Positions 12,301-24,343 of a DNA stretch of 63,383 nucleotides are shown here, in pieces; the stretch's first letter is position 1; the number at the start of each line of letters is the position of its first letter. The DNA comes from Mizuhopecten yessoensis (taxonomy: Eukaryota), in NCBI RefSeq assembly GCF_002113885.1, contig NW_018480063.1, positions 785,013 through 848,395 of the forward strand, read 5' to 3'. A program made the translations under genes and the position numbers. The notes under the pieces were generated by a model. The model was given only the letters and a program-made list of their open reading frames with translations. It did not search any database and was not told where the DNA came from.

Positions 12301-12705
12301 TACACTTATGATACAGTAACGTTATGCGCCGTTGTGCCCAACCTGTTTAGCCGAATCTGCTTGCTTTAGAATTTGTCAATGGAGAATGTAATTAAATTTG
12401 TTTGTCAGTCTTTTCTTTGAGATGTGTAGAATTTCACATTTATCAGGGGGTTGAAGGACATTAACCAATTGTGTTCCCACTTCTCCAGAAGATTTATAGG
12501 GCCAACATGTTAACACGAGCATGCAAGCTCACTATCCGGCAAACAGAATCGAGGTAAATCAATGACATGAATATTGAGACAAGATTATTCAAATATTACC
12601 TTTTCCATAAAATCGTGATGGGTCGTATGGACCATGCACCCGTGGGTTATAAAGAGGATCGTATTTTCCAGCTTGATTGATCCCCTCAAGTATTTTAGAA
12701 AGCAT
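6318..12705 (-). CDS. ATP5MF: Mitochondrial ATP synthase subunit f, 4 coding exons, 114 aa
   Basis: Exons 12705-12600, 8043-7945, 7685-7569, 6340-6318; all GT-AG with matching phases (345 nt). Protein MLSKILEGINQAGKYDPLYNPRVHGPYDPSRFYGKADKPFLDVRVGELGQWMKNRNKTPYGFVSAVSRGYWAFKLKYIGCKNSNACAILIPVFIVAAINAQEHFHHVFDKTKYH. It carries the invertebrate subunit-f motifs YNP.VHGPYDP.RFYGK, V..GEL..W...RNKTP and terminal KYH. Minus-strand AATAAA at 6221-6226. Confidence 0.95.
7134..7763 (-). mobile_element. HINE-like terminal segments (7134-~7405 and 7724-7763) on either side of ATP5MF exon 3
   Basis: AACAAGAGGCCCATAGGGCCTGTATCACTCACCT at 7135 and AAGCTCACTTGG..CCAGGTGAGCTAAAA at 7728-7763 match the two ends of the intact copies at 29523-30077 and 31578-32910. 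Confidence 0.65.
7390..7549. repeat. Direct tandem duplication of ~78 bp
   Basis: CATTACCCTGGGATTTTTATCATTTTTTCAAAAGAGGGTAAAC..GCTAGCGAAAGTGAAAAG occurs at 7390 and 7468. Confidence 0.9.
8552..8760 (+). mobile_element. tRNA-derived SINE with V-domain-like core
   Basis: A box TGGTGCAGTGG (8559) and B box GGTTCAATTCC (8602), followed by GGGTTTTCCCCGGGTACTCCAGTTTCCTCCCC and an AT-rich tail. Confidence 0.85.
10480..10800. mobile_element. Dispersed repeat / SINE relic (Nin/Deu-domain-like segment); related copy at ~50310-50390
   Basis: GAAGAGGGAGACAGGTTAGAGAAGGAGCTGTC recurs as GAAGAGGGGGATAGGTTAGAGAAGGAGCCGTC near 50354. GGGATCTTTTCTGTGC..TTTATAGTCCCATCTGACGGACT resembles the recalled Nin/Deu SINE domain. 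Confidence 0.45.
11290..12492 (-). mobile_element. 5'-truncated, degenerate non-LTR retrotransposon (LINE ORF2 C-terminal region), split by a MITE
   Basis: Minus-strand translation of 12492-12346 gives LEKWEHNWLMSFNP.KCEILHI..ADSAK. It continues from 11806 downward as YLGLTISTNFSWNTNI..IWDPWQANLTHKVEIVQRRAARY..YTSSVTEMLQTLNW..NSFFPRAI. Stops and frameshifts are present. Confidence 0.85.
11807..12345. mobile_element. Non-autonomous DNA transposon (MITE, ~540 bp) nested in the LINE
   Basis: Perfect 18-bp TIR CAGGTTGGGCACAACGGC / GCCGTTGTGCCCAACCTG, plus a ~50-bp subterminal inverted repeat (11878-11930 vs 12239-12290). It interrupts the LINE SAK|YLG motif. Confidence 0.9.
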
Positions 12706-12719
12706 CTTCTAACCTCTCT

Positions 12720-13290
12720 GGATACCTCCTCAAGGACAAGGACAAAGTAACTTCTAATAATGAGAACATTTCATTATTCAATTCCGGAATGTATTATTCC
12801 GGGTTTTTTTTATCAGCAATTAACGAGTAAACGTAATTCATGTCCGATAAAAGACTTGCGTCAGGATTAAAAAATGATATCCTTAATATGAAACAAATAA
12901 ATAAACACAAAAACTTGCCTAAGTTATTAAATTTATTCATGGCGGATTTTCGTTTCACCGAGACCGGCTTTAAGCTTAGGTTAATTTTACGACAACAAAT
13001 ATTACTACGCCAAAGCAGACAGGTGCCATAGTAGTTTTCGAGGTCGAATTCATTAGTAAATCAGTATTCTTTTTATTGTTTGTATATTAAGTTAAAAATA
13101 TGTGTTTATTAATTCCTATATTTCATATATTATTGTATAAGGTTCTCATCGTAGATACATCCGGTTCGTGTATCAGACTGTGTTGTTAGGTCAAAAGCTA
13201 AGCCAACGCCAACGTGGGTTATATTGGAGACCAATATCATCTTGAAGATGTGTTGTGCAACAGCGTGACTGCAATATTGGTCTATCAGGT
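12720..13290. promoter_or_regulatory. Probable bidirectional promoter between ATP5MF (-) and the F-box gene (+), including the putative non-coding first exon of the F-box gene ending at 13288
   Basis: ATP5MF ATG at 12705. Locally CpG-richer sequence. Donor CAG|GTAAAA at 13289 could splice to acceptor TTGCAG| at 15143, just before the F-box ORF. Confidence 0.5.
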
Positions 13291-14475
13291 AAAAAGACGC
13301 ATTCTAGGAAGTTAAAATTTCAATAACCATGTTTCATTGTGGTATCGGTTAGGTTTCGATACAATCTTTGTTGAAAAAATGAAAAAAAAAAATGGGACAA
13401 ACACTGACATTACAGACCGGACCTCCCCCACCTAGACTACAGACAGTCACACTAATCTACAGATCCAAACCTATATCATTACCACAATTATCTATGGCTA
13501 CTTATCTTCAAAAAAACTCTTGACACTGACCCCAGTAATAAAATGCATAACAAATTATATGTACACTTTGAACGATTAAACGGCTAATAAATGCATTACA
13601 GTGAATCTGAAAAACCAATAAATGTATTGGGGGTCTGCATGAAAAAATAGGGTCAGTCTGGAAACGCAAAACAAGAATATTTTTATTTGACCTTACAGTT
13701 TCAGAGAAACTAACTTCAACGTAAAAACTTGATGTTGATTGAGATACTTACAAAGTCAATGGATCATGAAACATAAAAGGTAATGCTGCATCCAGCATTT
13801 GATGCATGGGTTGAGATGTATGCAACTATGGTCCAAGTTTGGTTGGTGTAGCACTTATACTTTCAGTGAAACTAACTAAAATGCAAAAACCTAATGTTGC
13901 CATTGTTGTGCTAAGTCTCGATCGCTTCCCCTACTTTGTGGTGGCGAGACAAAAATGAAAAAACATCACACACAAATAGCATGATTTGGGGGAATTAAAA
14001 TGTTATTTTGTAATGAATTTAGAAAATGTACATAAAAAATATCAAGGTAAGAGACCTTTATAGTGCCCAAACTCACTGGGGAAAAAATAAATCACTGGAC
14101 AGGCACAGAAACTGGTCACATGATCATGGCGACAAGCGGATTGGAAAAGTTGTCATTGTACGATGAAGGAAATGATCGCAAACTTACTTTCCGAATAGAA
14201 TTAGACAAACATTTTTTAAAAACAATGTCAAGTGTTGTTAAGTTCAATTATGTTATAATTTCTCAAGAAGCCCTATAGACAGACCTTTATAAAATATATT
14301 TCATATGTTGATTTTCATAGCTCCTAAGTTGTGTTTGTTTCATTTTGAGGCTGGTCGCTAGGCAGTCATCTTGGATTTTGACAGTTCCAGTTCCCTTTGT
14401 CTTACAATGAAGGAACAATTTACTTAAGTGGAAGATTTTTTAATATTCTTGTACCAAAATTCTTTATGATTATAA

Positions 14476-14881
14476 TGTGGCTGATTTTAATTGTACATAT
14501 GATTACGGTTGCCTTTTAGCTTTGAGCTAGATGGAATTTCCCTTAAGCTCAGTGGTAGAGCGTCCGACAAGGAAGTATTGGACTGCAGGTTTGATCCCCG
14601 GTGGAATCAATATATATCACACTACTTTCTTTCCTGTTACAAATGGTGTCCATGGTCCTCCCTGTGATGACAGGGGATTTAGAATCTGGGTTGTGGTGTT
14701 AGAGGGCGACCACATTTAAAAGGGGGGAGAAGTGTGGCAGATTTTGATTGTACATAAGATTACAAAACCCTTCGAGCTAGAGGGAAATTTTCTTTATCTC
14801 AGTGGTAGAGCGTCCGACTAGGAACCTAGGGATCACAGGTTTGATCCCCGATGGAAGCACACTACTCTCTTTCCTGTTATA
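14476..14881 (+). mobile_element. TRIM (non-autonomous LTR retrotransposon) with tRNA-like sequence in its LTRs, Helenus-like
   Basis: LTR1 14476-14641 (TGTGG..TTACA). PBS-like AATGGTGTCC follows at 14642; 91-bp interior; PPT AAAAGGGGGGAGAAG; LTR2 14733-14881. Each LTR has A-box CTCAGTGGTAGAGCG and B-box-like GGTTTGATCCCC. Confidence 0.8.
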
Positions 14882-15148
14882 TCACCCCTGAAGAGTATGT
14901 AGACCGGATCATACCGCATCATAACCCTTGGCTAGCAAAGATGATATAACCCAGAAGTTATGTGGATCATTTTCCACATACATGGCAATTTAACTAGTCA
15001 CAGGTTTTCTTGAAACATAAGAGGAACAAAAATCAAAAGAAGTTCATTTAAACATACAGTATCAAAAATGTTTAAGGGGAGAAATGCAGTCAACAGGTTA
15101 ATAATATAACTAACATGTCTAATATATTTTACACTGATTGCAGGTCTG

Positions 15149-16531
15149 ATGAGACGGTGTAGAATAATGGATGTAAACCAATACCAGATGACGGCTGCGT
15201 CACACAGATCAACTGACCATTTAGCATTAACAGATCTCCCGTCTGTGGTAGTTACACACATGCTCTCCTACCTGACGTGGGAAGAGAAGCTAAGTATCAT
15301 CATTGCTGTTCCTCAATGGTGTTCCTGCTTGAGATCTGTTGCTGCATGGAACTGTGTTGAATATGGCAATGAAATGGATGAAAATGTATACTTTTTGAAA
15401 GAGAAGCGTACAAAGTTTTTGTTTTGTATAAAACAATATGGTAAATACATGAGATCTTTGAAATTAAGCTTTGGAGGTAAACTTAGTCATATGGCAGTTA
15501 AGATCACGCATGCCATCAGTGAATTTTGTCCTCATCTGACCGCCTTTCATATCGCACAAGAAGTTCCGTTTCAGGTGGATGAAAGTCTTGTTTGGAGGAA
15601 AAGTGTGGTTAGTGGCATTTGTGGTATCCTGCAGAGTTGTAAATTATTAAGTAATGTTTGTATCTGTCAGCCTGTGATTGATTGGACAGAATCTCCCGAC
15701 AACAACATCATTTTGAACATTATACAGCAAGGTCTAGCTCACAAGTTAACCAGTCTAGAACTGAATGCTGAGTCACTATGGGGACATGAAGGTTATCTGG
15801 AGTTCCTTAAAAACTTCACACACCTGAAACGACTTGTAACAAGGAGGGAAAATATAACGGATGAAATTCTCCTCTACCTGGTTGAACATAAATTAGAGGA
15901 GGTTACTTTAGTTCAGGAAGAAGAAATTCCTCTACAACAGCAAGAGCATCTCAAAGAAATGTTCTGGACAAAAGTGCTGAGCATCTGCCCAACATTCCAA
16001 ATTGACATGGTCTTACGATACATCATGGTAATCAAGGATTCCTTCCCTGCTAAGATGCCATTGAGGAGATTGATACTGGATGACCTTGTCAACATCGTAA
16101 CTAAAGGAGTTCTGGAGCACCTCGTAGATAACTATAAGGATTGCCTGCAATATTTCACATACACAAATTCCCTCCTGGAAAATTACGAAACGGGAGATCG
16201 GAGACTTCCTTCCTCTCTTGTTAACATGGCAATGAGGTGTACAAAACTTCGATATTTACAATATGGTTTTCCTTTGTCAAGCACCTCAATCTTACTTCTG
16301 GCCCGAGCTAGACAGCTAGAAAAACTCCTCATCCCAGCCGTGGAGGTATCCTATGAATTTGACTGGCAGACTGACCCAGATTGGTCATTTGAGTTTGTTG
16401 AATGGCTTAAAGCAAGCGGAAAGAGTGAAAGAGCACTAGAACTTGCAGTATCAGAAATGTTTGGTTTCAAGTGGAGACTCAGTTATGATCCTTTTACTCT
16501 AAATGAACAACTCAACACTATGTACATGTGA
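15149..16531 (+). CDS. F-box protein with LRR-like C-terminal region (FBXL3/FBXL8/FBXO39-like group), single coding exon, up to 460 aa
   Basis: Long clean ORF. F-box LTDLPSVVVTHMLSYLTWEEKLSIIIAVPQW..LRSVAAW is followed by IKQYGKYMRSL and LxxLxL repeats (CPHLTAFHI, KLTSLEL, HLKRLVT, KLRYLQY). Splice acceptor at 15143 and AATAAA at 16548. The true start may be the Met at 15167. Confidence 0.93.
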   Translation: MRRCRIMDVNQYQMTAASHRSTDHLALTDLPSVVVTHMLSYLTWEEKLSIIIAVPQWCSCLRSVAAWNCVEYGNEMDENVYFLKEKRTKFLFCIKQYGKYMRSLKLSFGGKLSHMAVKITHAISEFCPHLTAFHIAQEVPFQVDESLVWRKSVVSGICGILQSCKLLSNVCICQPVIDWTESPDNNIILNIIQQGLAHKLTSLELNAESLWGHEGYLEFLKNFTHLKRLVTRRENITDEILLYLVEHKLEEVTLVQEEEIPLQQQEHLKEMFWTKVLSICPTFQIDMVLRYIMVIKDSFPAKMPLRRLILDDLVNIVTKGVLEHLVDNYKDCLQYFTYTNSLLENYETGDRRLPSSLVNMAMRCTKLRYLQYGFPLSSTSILLLARARQLEKLLIPAVEVSYEFDWQTDPDWSFEFVEWLKASGKSERALELAVSEMFGFKWRLSYDPFTLNEQLNTMYM

Positions 16532-18219
16532 AAGGTATTTCAGAGCAAATAAAATATTCCATCACATACTAATCTCAGAATTTTTATTTTGGTCACCTAA
16601 GCCAGAGGCTTTTGCAAACCTCTTTTGTATATGTTGTCTTTCGCTTTGTCATGTGTCGTGATTGATCAGTCAATATTTTATGTTTAGAAATCAAACTCAA
16701 CATTTAAGAAGTTCAAAAGAAATAGAGCTCATTGTTTGCACAAAGTGCTAATGAGATTAACTTAAGTACACCACCATACAGCACAGCATGTAGCTGTCAT
16801 TTGTACTGTCATCAACTTTTTGCTTCAAAGTGACATTTTTTCTAAAGGACCATTATAAGGCGTAATCATGATAATTTGCATGTTGTTTGTTTTGGTAAAG
16901 GGTTGTCAACAATGCTTTTGTATTAAAAATCCAAAAAGCCATAAAACTCGTAAACATATTTCGCTGTAACCAGGAGTGCTGAAGGGCTGTCAAGTTTGTT
17001 AACCCACATTAAAGATATTGAGGGTAAAAATCTTCTAAAGACTCGCTATAAGTCATGAGGTGTAGAGTTACACTATTTGACCTGTATCATACTTTGATAA
17101 AGGATAGTCTATACAAATGACAAACCAACATTCAACGTCACAGTGACCAATCAAATCTGTTCAAAAATTTCAAACAATGTCTTAGAAATACAAGGCCTGG
17201 AGTAATTTTAATTTCTAGGGTTAAAGCTGTCAAATAAATAATCTTGCCAAATAATTCGACACAAGTCAATTTGTCAAAGTTGAAACTCGTGAGACTGTTT
17301 TTGAGTATATTATTACAATAATAGTGCACCATTATTCTGTCTTTGACGTTGCTGTCTTCCACTGTTGTCAAGTTCAAGTTTTCAGGTTTGATGTAGTAAC
17401 ACTAGAGTAAATCTACACTTCCAAGTTAATTGTAACTAAACTTGTGTGGCCCAGAACAGTGTTTACCTGAGATTTATGGGGCTTTTATTCAGTTCAATGC
17501 AATAATTCTATTGTACACAACAGTATTGTATGCCATCTAGAACTCTTCCATAAACAGTAGATTCGTAACTTTGCTTCAGTGGTATATCAGCTTGTGCTTC
17601 AATACTGTACGAGTAAGATTAAATACATAAATCCTCTGATGTACGTGATAACCAATATTTTTATTAATGGTTAAGCATTACCAGTAATAATGACCATAGC
17701 AGTTAATAGGACGTTAAACACAAACAAACCAAACATTACCAGCAGAAAAAAAAAATCCAGAAATATTTTACTTACAAAGAAAGACCAGTTATTGTATGAT
17801 TTGTATATGTCACAAAAATTGAAGGAGTTCAGATAGCTAACGTGAACACATGAAATTGACTTTTGTCAAGTGCAGTATTAGCAATGACGACATTAATACG
17901 TAGTGATACATGTATTAATTCACAGGTATGTTACTTGTGCCAAGCTTGGTTTTGGTTAAATTGTCAAAGTAGGATGATTTTGTCAAAGTCGGGTCTAACT
18001 TTAGTAAGGGTACATATTACAGTGGTAGTCGTATTTTAGTGCTTTAGATATTGCACTAAATTATGAGTGCACCAATTGATGTTGCAGTACATGTAGTCTT
18101 TTCTTTGGCATTTTATGTGGATGCACTAATTCATCAATGCACTTATCAGTTTAAATTTAATGCACTATCATAAGCTAAGATTAGTACATTTACAGTAATT
18201 TGCAGAGATTTTTGTTTGT

Positions 18220-18670
18220 AATAATATCCCTTGCAATGAAGTTGGGGGGTGGGTGGGGGAGTATACTGGAATCACTCTGTTGATCTGTAGACAAAAGATT
18301 GTACCTCCTACTCCTCCTAGGTTTATGCATGGATTTTGATAAAATTGTACACACATTTTATACCTCAAATGAACTTGTGTCACTGAATTGGCTAATTATT
18401 GCAGATTGAATGCTAGGTATTTGTATACACATATCTTGGAGTAAATGTAGCATTGATGCAAGCTACATTGTGACAAAATTCCAAAGGTCATCGAGTCGAA
18501 ACTGTAGTTTGTCTTTTCCATCGGTCTGTCAGTATGACATTTGAGGATAGACTTTTTCCTGACCCTTGATATTTCTATATATTTTCCCCCTTGTTTATTT
18601 AGTCCCTACAGGGGCAACAAGCAGCCAGCGGGGGTATTAATTAGCCCATAGGCGACAGTTCGAGTTTCTG
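18220..18670 (+). mobile_element. Degenerate Helitron/HINE-like element
   Basis: 5' ATAATATCCC..GGGGGAGTATACTGGAATCACTCTG and 3' GCGGGGGTATTAATTAGCCCATAGGCGACAGTTCGAGTT match a recalled end architecture of mollusc non-autonomous Helentrons. Confidence 0.4.
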
Positions 18671-21641
18671 CAGTTATCAAGTCATGTCGGCCCCCAATCC
18701 CCCTATTAGGTACTGATCAAAATAATCTAAGGATCATTTATACCCCTTCTTGAGTACAGGTTCTGGTAAAAATCCACTATTTGGTTTTGGAGGATATGCC
18801 ATTTAGGGGTTTATAATTAACTGGGACTTTGTGAAAACTTATGGCCCCTTCCCACAGCCTCTTTTAGAGTATATAGATTCTGATCACAAATCCAGAATGA
18901 CAATTACCATGAAGTTCCATCACAATTGGACACAGTTTCTGAGAAGTCAAAAATATGATTGAAAAGGGATAATGACTATAGAGATTTGTTTTTGTGAACA
19001 AAAACGTATGTGCGGTGTAAAAATTATGGTTTGGACAACATATTCCTGAAAACTTGGCATTTATTGACCTCGAAGTCAATGTCGCCGTGAACTAATGCCA
19101 GTGATCTGTACATTGTCTGTGATGCAGATATACTTTAAGTTTTATCAGGATATGTTTAACTTAGAACTTATTAGACATTATTATTAGGGGAACTTCCTAC
19201 TGCTAAATTATAAAATGCATATATGAGCAAGTTCTAATAGTAAAGGGGACCATTACACAAGTCCTCAAATCTGACCCCATAGTCATAAATGATGATTGGA
19301 TAGATTTACAATACCATCATATACTTGCATACTAAGTTTAAGCAAAATTGGACACAGTGAGGGACCATAAGCAAAATAAGACACAGTGGTGAGGGACTGT
19401 TGGCGTGATCTTGATGTACATCTTAAAACAATCCAGACTTTTTTTTACCTATGACCTTGGGTTCAAGGTCACAATGACCTAATGCAGTGCAGAGTCTATG
19501 GGTGATGCAAATATACGTCAGGTTTCATCAATATATCTTTAAAGGTTTAAAAGCTACAGCCTGGACAAGATCATATTAGAAGAACTAGAACCAGAACCAA
19601 TATCAATACAATATGTCTCCCTTCATTCGAAGGGGAGACATAATGACCGACAAAAGGAAATCACAGTGGATAACCAAATAAATACAAAGGATGAGGTAGT
19701 ATAAATAGATTTATTCACTTACAATTATTTTTGTCAACAATTCATAACAACATGACCTCATATGCACATGTAGGATAATAATAATGATTTTAACATGTAA
19801 TTAGAACAAACATTCAAGGGTGAACACATTCATTATAAGCTTGAACCCATATATTTGTATATTAAATATGACAGCTTCCATTAGGATCCCCAGTCGTACA
19901 CTCTATTACTTTCATGCACCACTCTTTAAAAGAATCGATGTTAAGGATTAATATTTTCATGTTCTTTTTTATTACGAAGGACACTTTCACAGGGATTGAA
20001 TATCTGTCTAGTAAAAATACAAATCTGCATCACATTATCATTTAATGGAAGTGGTGTACTGATACTACAGAAATAAAAACTCCGTATTATACGAGTGTGT
20101 AATGTTGTACAGGATGAGCAACACCTGTACTTAATGTTATTGTACAGTCAGTTATGTATGATTGAAATACAAGTACTTGTACATTTACATGCTTGCTAGA
20201 TTTCTTTACTTTAAACTCATCCTCTTACAACTTATTTAAAAAACCTTTTAAATGAGAGAAGTATAATATTTGTTATTTGGTTGGAAAGGAAATACACTGT
20301 ATTTATCAAGCAGCTTAGTTTTATGTGCAGCAATTGTTGTATCAACTACATTGTTTTAAATGTTTTAAAGTTGTTAGAACAAAGTACATAATTATGTTAT
20401 ATAATGACCTTACAATGATAAATGACAGACATAACAGGGTTTGTGAATAACAACAATAAAAAGATTTATCAATACAATAAAATACAGTATAAAAATCCCA
20501 GTCTGACACACGGGTATACATTTTGAGAAACATACAGGTATTGGGACTATACAAAAATACTATTGTAAACAAAATGTTAAGCCTATGTGACAAAAACAAA
20601 ATGTGTGAACAAGAAAACTACAGGAAACATGCTCCCTGCTTTGGAGGATGCAAATCAGACAACAATTCAATGGATGTGATTTAAATTAACACAGCTACTC
20701 CACCTACACACTCACAGCCTATTGCCATACATCCACTTACAGCTGTAGGTTCATTTGTAAATGCTCTCCATATATCTATACTGTCTGGACTACTATGTCC
20801 GATCAGAATTGAGGAAATGCCTTTAGCATCATAATTTAGAGATAAGATATTTCAACTTCATCTAGTTGTATCAGAATGAAATATGATGTTCATAATGTTA
20901 GTATTAAGCAATTTGATTTGCTTCAAAATTCCATCTTCGATAGCTTGTAAGCTGAACAGGAACATGTGACTTTTGTGTTATATAGGATGAGCATAGTTTC
21001 AAATATAGGGGTCCCAAAGTTTACCTGCTCTTAAACAATTAGTTAATACATAAAAACACATCCTTTTCTTTCCTTTTAGTGTAACAAGTGGTTTTACAGC
21101 ACTGATTTTTTATACTAACAAATTCAAATGAAGCCCCTTGAAAATACTGCCGAAACATCACGTTTACAAAATTTAAGTGATTTAAAATCTACAGTGATAC
21201 ATTTAATTAAAAAGTATAGTGCATGGATTGCATGAACAATTGATCAATATTTTGATGTGACAAAAATGTGATTTCAATGGGCTGATGAAAATAAAATAGG
21301 CTTTAAGCACACATTTCTAATTCAATTAATCTCATTACCATACATAACCTACTTGCCTCATAGAAGCAGGCACTACATGTAGACATCATAGACGATTATC
21401 ATATTTGAACACCAATACAGGATAATAAATAGTGCATATTCAATCACATAACAGACTCTGGACCTGTTTCCAAAAGCTTTCTCTTCAAAGCTCCAGGCTA
21501 TTGTTAATGGCAAGAAAAACAATCTTCTTTATTTTGCATTATTTTCAGAAATGACAACATTTCTGACCTTATTATACACAGATTAAATGATAACCAAAAT
21601 TACAGTGGCACAAAGAACTTTCCAATTGAAAAACCATTTTG

Positions 21642-22822
21642 AAACATGAGGTCTAAGGGGACTATTGCTCACCTGTTACATTATTGGTAAACTTTATTTT
21701 GAATTTGGATTTATTCTTCATTTACACAAAATTGAGTTTCCTCCAAGTATGAATGATTCTTACCAAACTCGGTGTTCATATATATATATTAAGCCATAGT
21801 ATTCATTTGAGCATTTGTAATATGTTCCGTTTCTTTTTCCATATATTTCATTGACGCATTTAATGCAAGTACTATCATGTAATCTTTTTAAGATGTCCGT
21901 ATTATGTGTACTTTGTTTATGGCGTCATTATTGTTGACGTCTAAAGTATGTGTACTCCATTTATGATGTCACAAATAAATTTAAATCGCCTGAAGTGCCT
22001 CAAGATGGGCAAAAGCACTAGCCGATTATACTAGTCTTTGTGTTTTGCTTTATTTATAATAAGCCATATATATTTATACAAAGTTTTAAAAATAAAAATG
22101 GACTGATTTCCCCCTACATGGCCCTTCTTCTCCAACTGAGAAGTACACACCCTACAACATTTGAATTTAAGTTGATCAAAACTGAATTGGGTTTAAATAC
22201 CTTTACTCAAACTGAATTGGGTTTAAATACCTTTACCCAAACTGAATTGTTTAAAAGCTTTCCCATTTCCTGTTTGGCTCTAACTCTAAATTCCAAGAAG
22301 GTCCACACCTTTTATTTATATAGGCTCAATACCAAATAAGGTTAAAATCTGCTAACCCTTACTTAAAGAGTAGACTTTTCAAGATTCATCCTTATTTCCC
22401 TATATACTGAATTTGACTCCCTTGGGGACAACACATTCTTCTATACAGCATTTAACTCCCTTAGCCCGAGATTTTCCAAATTCCTTCAGCCATTCTAAGC
22501 CAGTAGTCTTTTAGAAGAAAGTTTGACAACTAAAAATTTGTCCAGACATTGTGTAAAGGCATTAGCTCTCTAGCATAGTCCTTTGAGCCCAGTGGCTCAC
22601 TAACATAGTCCTTTGAGCCCAGTGGCTCACTAGCACAGTCCTTTGAGCCCAGTGGCTCACTAGCACAGTCCTTTGAGCCCAGTGGCTCACTAGCACAGTC
22701 CTTTGAGCCCAGTGGCTCACTAGCACAGTCCTGTGAGCCCAGTGGCTCACTAGCATAGTCCTTTGAGCCCAGTGACTCACTAGCATAGATCACTAGCATA
22801 GTCCTTTGAGCCCAGTGTGCTA
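21642..22822 (-). mobile_element. Old HINE-like element whose terminal hairpin segment is amplified as a 30-bp tandem array (22565-22822, ~8 copies)
   Basis: Left end AAACATGAGGTCTAAGGGGACTATTGCTCACCTG; right end ATTAGCTC..(AGTGGCTCACTAGCACAGTCCTTTGAGCCC)n..CAGTGTGCTAA. Confidence 0.65.
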
Positions 22823-24343
22823 AGTCTTTGACATTTAGCATGACTCGTACTCTGTACTAGTATGACTTCTGATTGCAATACCTGATGAGACATCCTTTTA
22901 AAAAACATATTATAAGATGGATTTAAAAAATTTGGTGTGTTACCCAGTTAACTTAATTAATACATATTATGTGTTGCTAGAACTGATGATCCACTTATGG
23001 GTGCCATTTCTTTTACAATTCGTGTGCATAACTAAAATATTATGTACACAACTGGATTTCATACATTCAACATCACATACATGGTATAACTGGGACAATG
23101 CGTTATACCTCCATGATACATGAGGGAAAAGAAAACATGCTTTAACTAGACTGGAATTGGAACCCAGGATACGGGAACTCTTCTACAACAGCTATAAACC
23201 ACTGAGCTATCTGTTGTCATCAATAAATATAGCTTTTTTCACATTTCCATTTTAGTAGTTACACGATTTAGCTCTTATCAACGAGTTGAGCAAATCCATT
23301 ATGCATGTGCATTTCAGAAATGTGTAAATGAAAATGTTACCAGTCTTCCCATAGATATTATATATTTTCACATTATGGCGCTATTTTACATTGCACATCA
23401 ATACATGTATCATTGAAGTATCACAATAAGTAGTCCCAGCTCTTATATGAATGGTGAGAACAAAGTCAGTTTAGTTTTGTGAATTTTAGCATACAACCCA
23501 CCCCCTATATATGGTATTACCATTATGTGGCAATTCCTAATTTTAAGTTGACATAAGTTCGTGATTGGTCCCAAATTTTTCTCTCAAGGAGGCAAATACC
23601 TGAACAGTTTCTGATCAGAACATTTTGAACTCAACTTGCCAGCAGACTTGTTTTAAAGTACGATATTTGTTTTGTTTTACCTCAATCTCATAAAAAAACA
23701 CCATTTGTTTCTTTAACCCTATATTTTAAGACACTCATTTCTTTAAATATTGTTCAAATATTTAAAACATACATGATGTTTGGAAAATTATTTTTTAATG
23801 TGAAGTACAGTTGCTACTACCAAATTGTTATTTTTTCAATGTCATGAACCTCTTATTTTCCTCCACTTCAATCACCTGATTGTACCTTTTTTTTTGGTTT
23901 GTAGAGTATAAGTTCCTCATTGGATTATGTTTGAGCATTAAAGTTCAGGAAAATTTACATTACTATTTAAGATATCAGTTCCCAAGTTTTATGTGTCTAG
24001 GGTGATAGGGACTAGGCTTTATAAGTCCTCATCCATACCACTACATAATCTGAGGTACCTAATCAGTAGGCATGGTGCTGATATAGCTCCCACTAAATAA
24101 TCAAGACATTCATGATGAATGTTGAATTTGTGATTTTTTTCTCTTAAAACTCAACAAAGATATCATCTGTAACACAATGTTCCTTATAATCTTATGGATC
24201 AGTGATGAAGAAATGTAAGTCTAATTAAAATCAGACCTCTCAAGACCGCATTGTCACCTACGCTGAGAGAGAATCCTTCTCTCTGTGTAGGTAAAGAAGC
24301 TGTCTGGAGAGGTCTTGATTTTAATTAGATTGGGAGAAAATTT

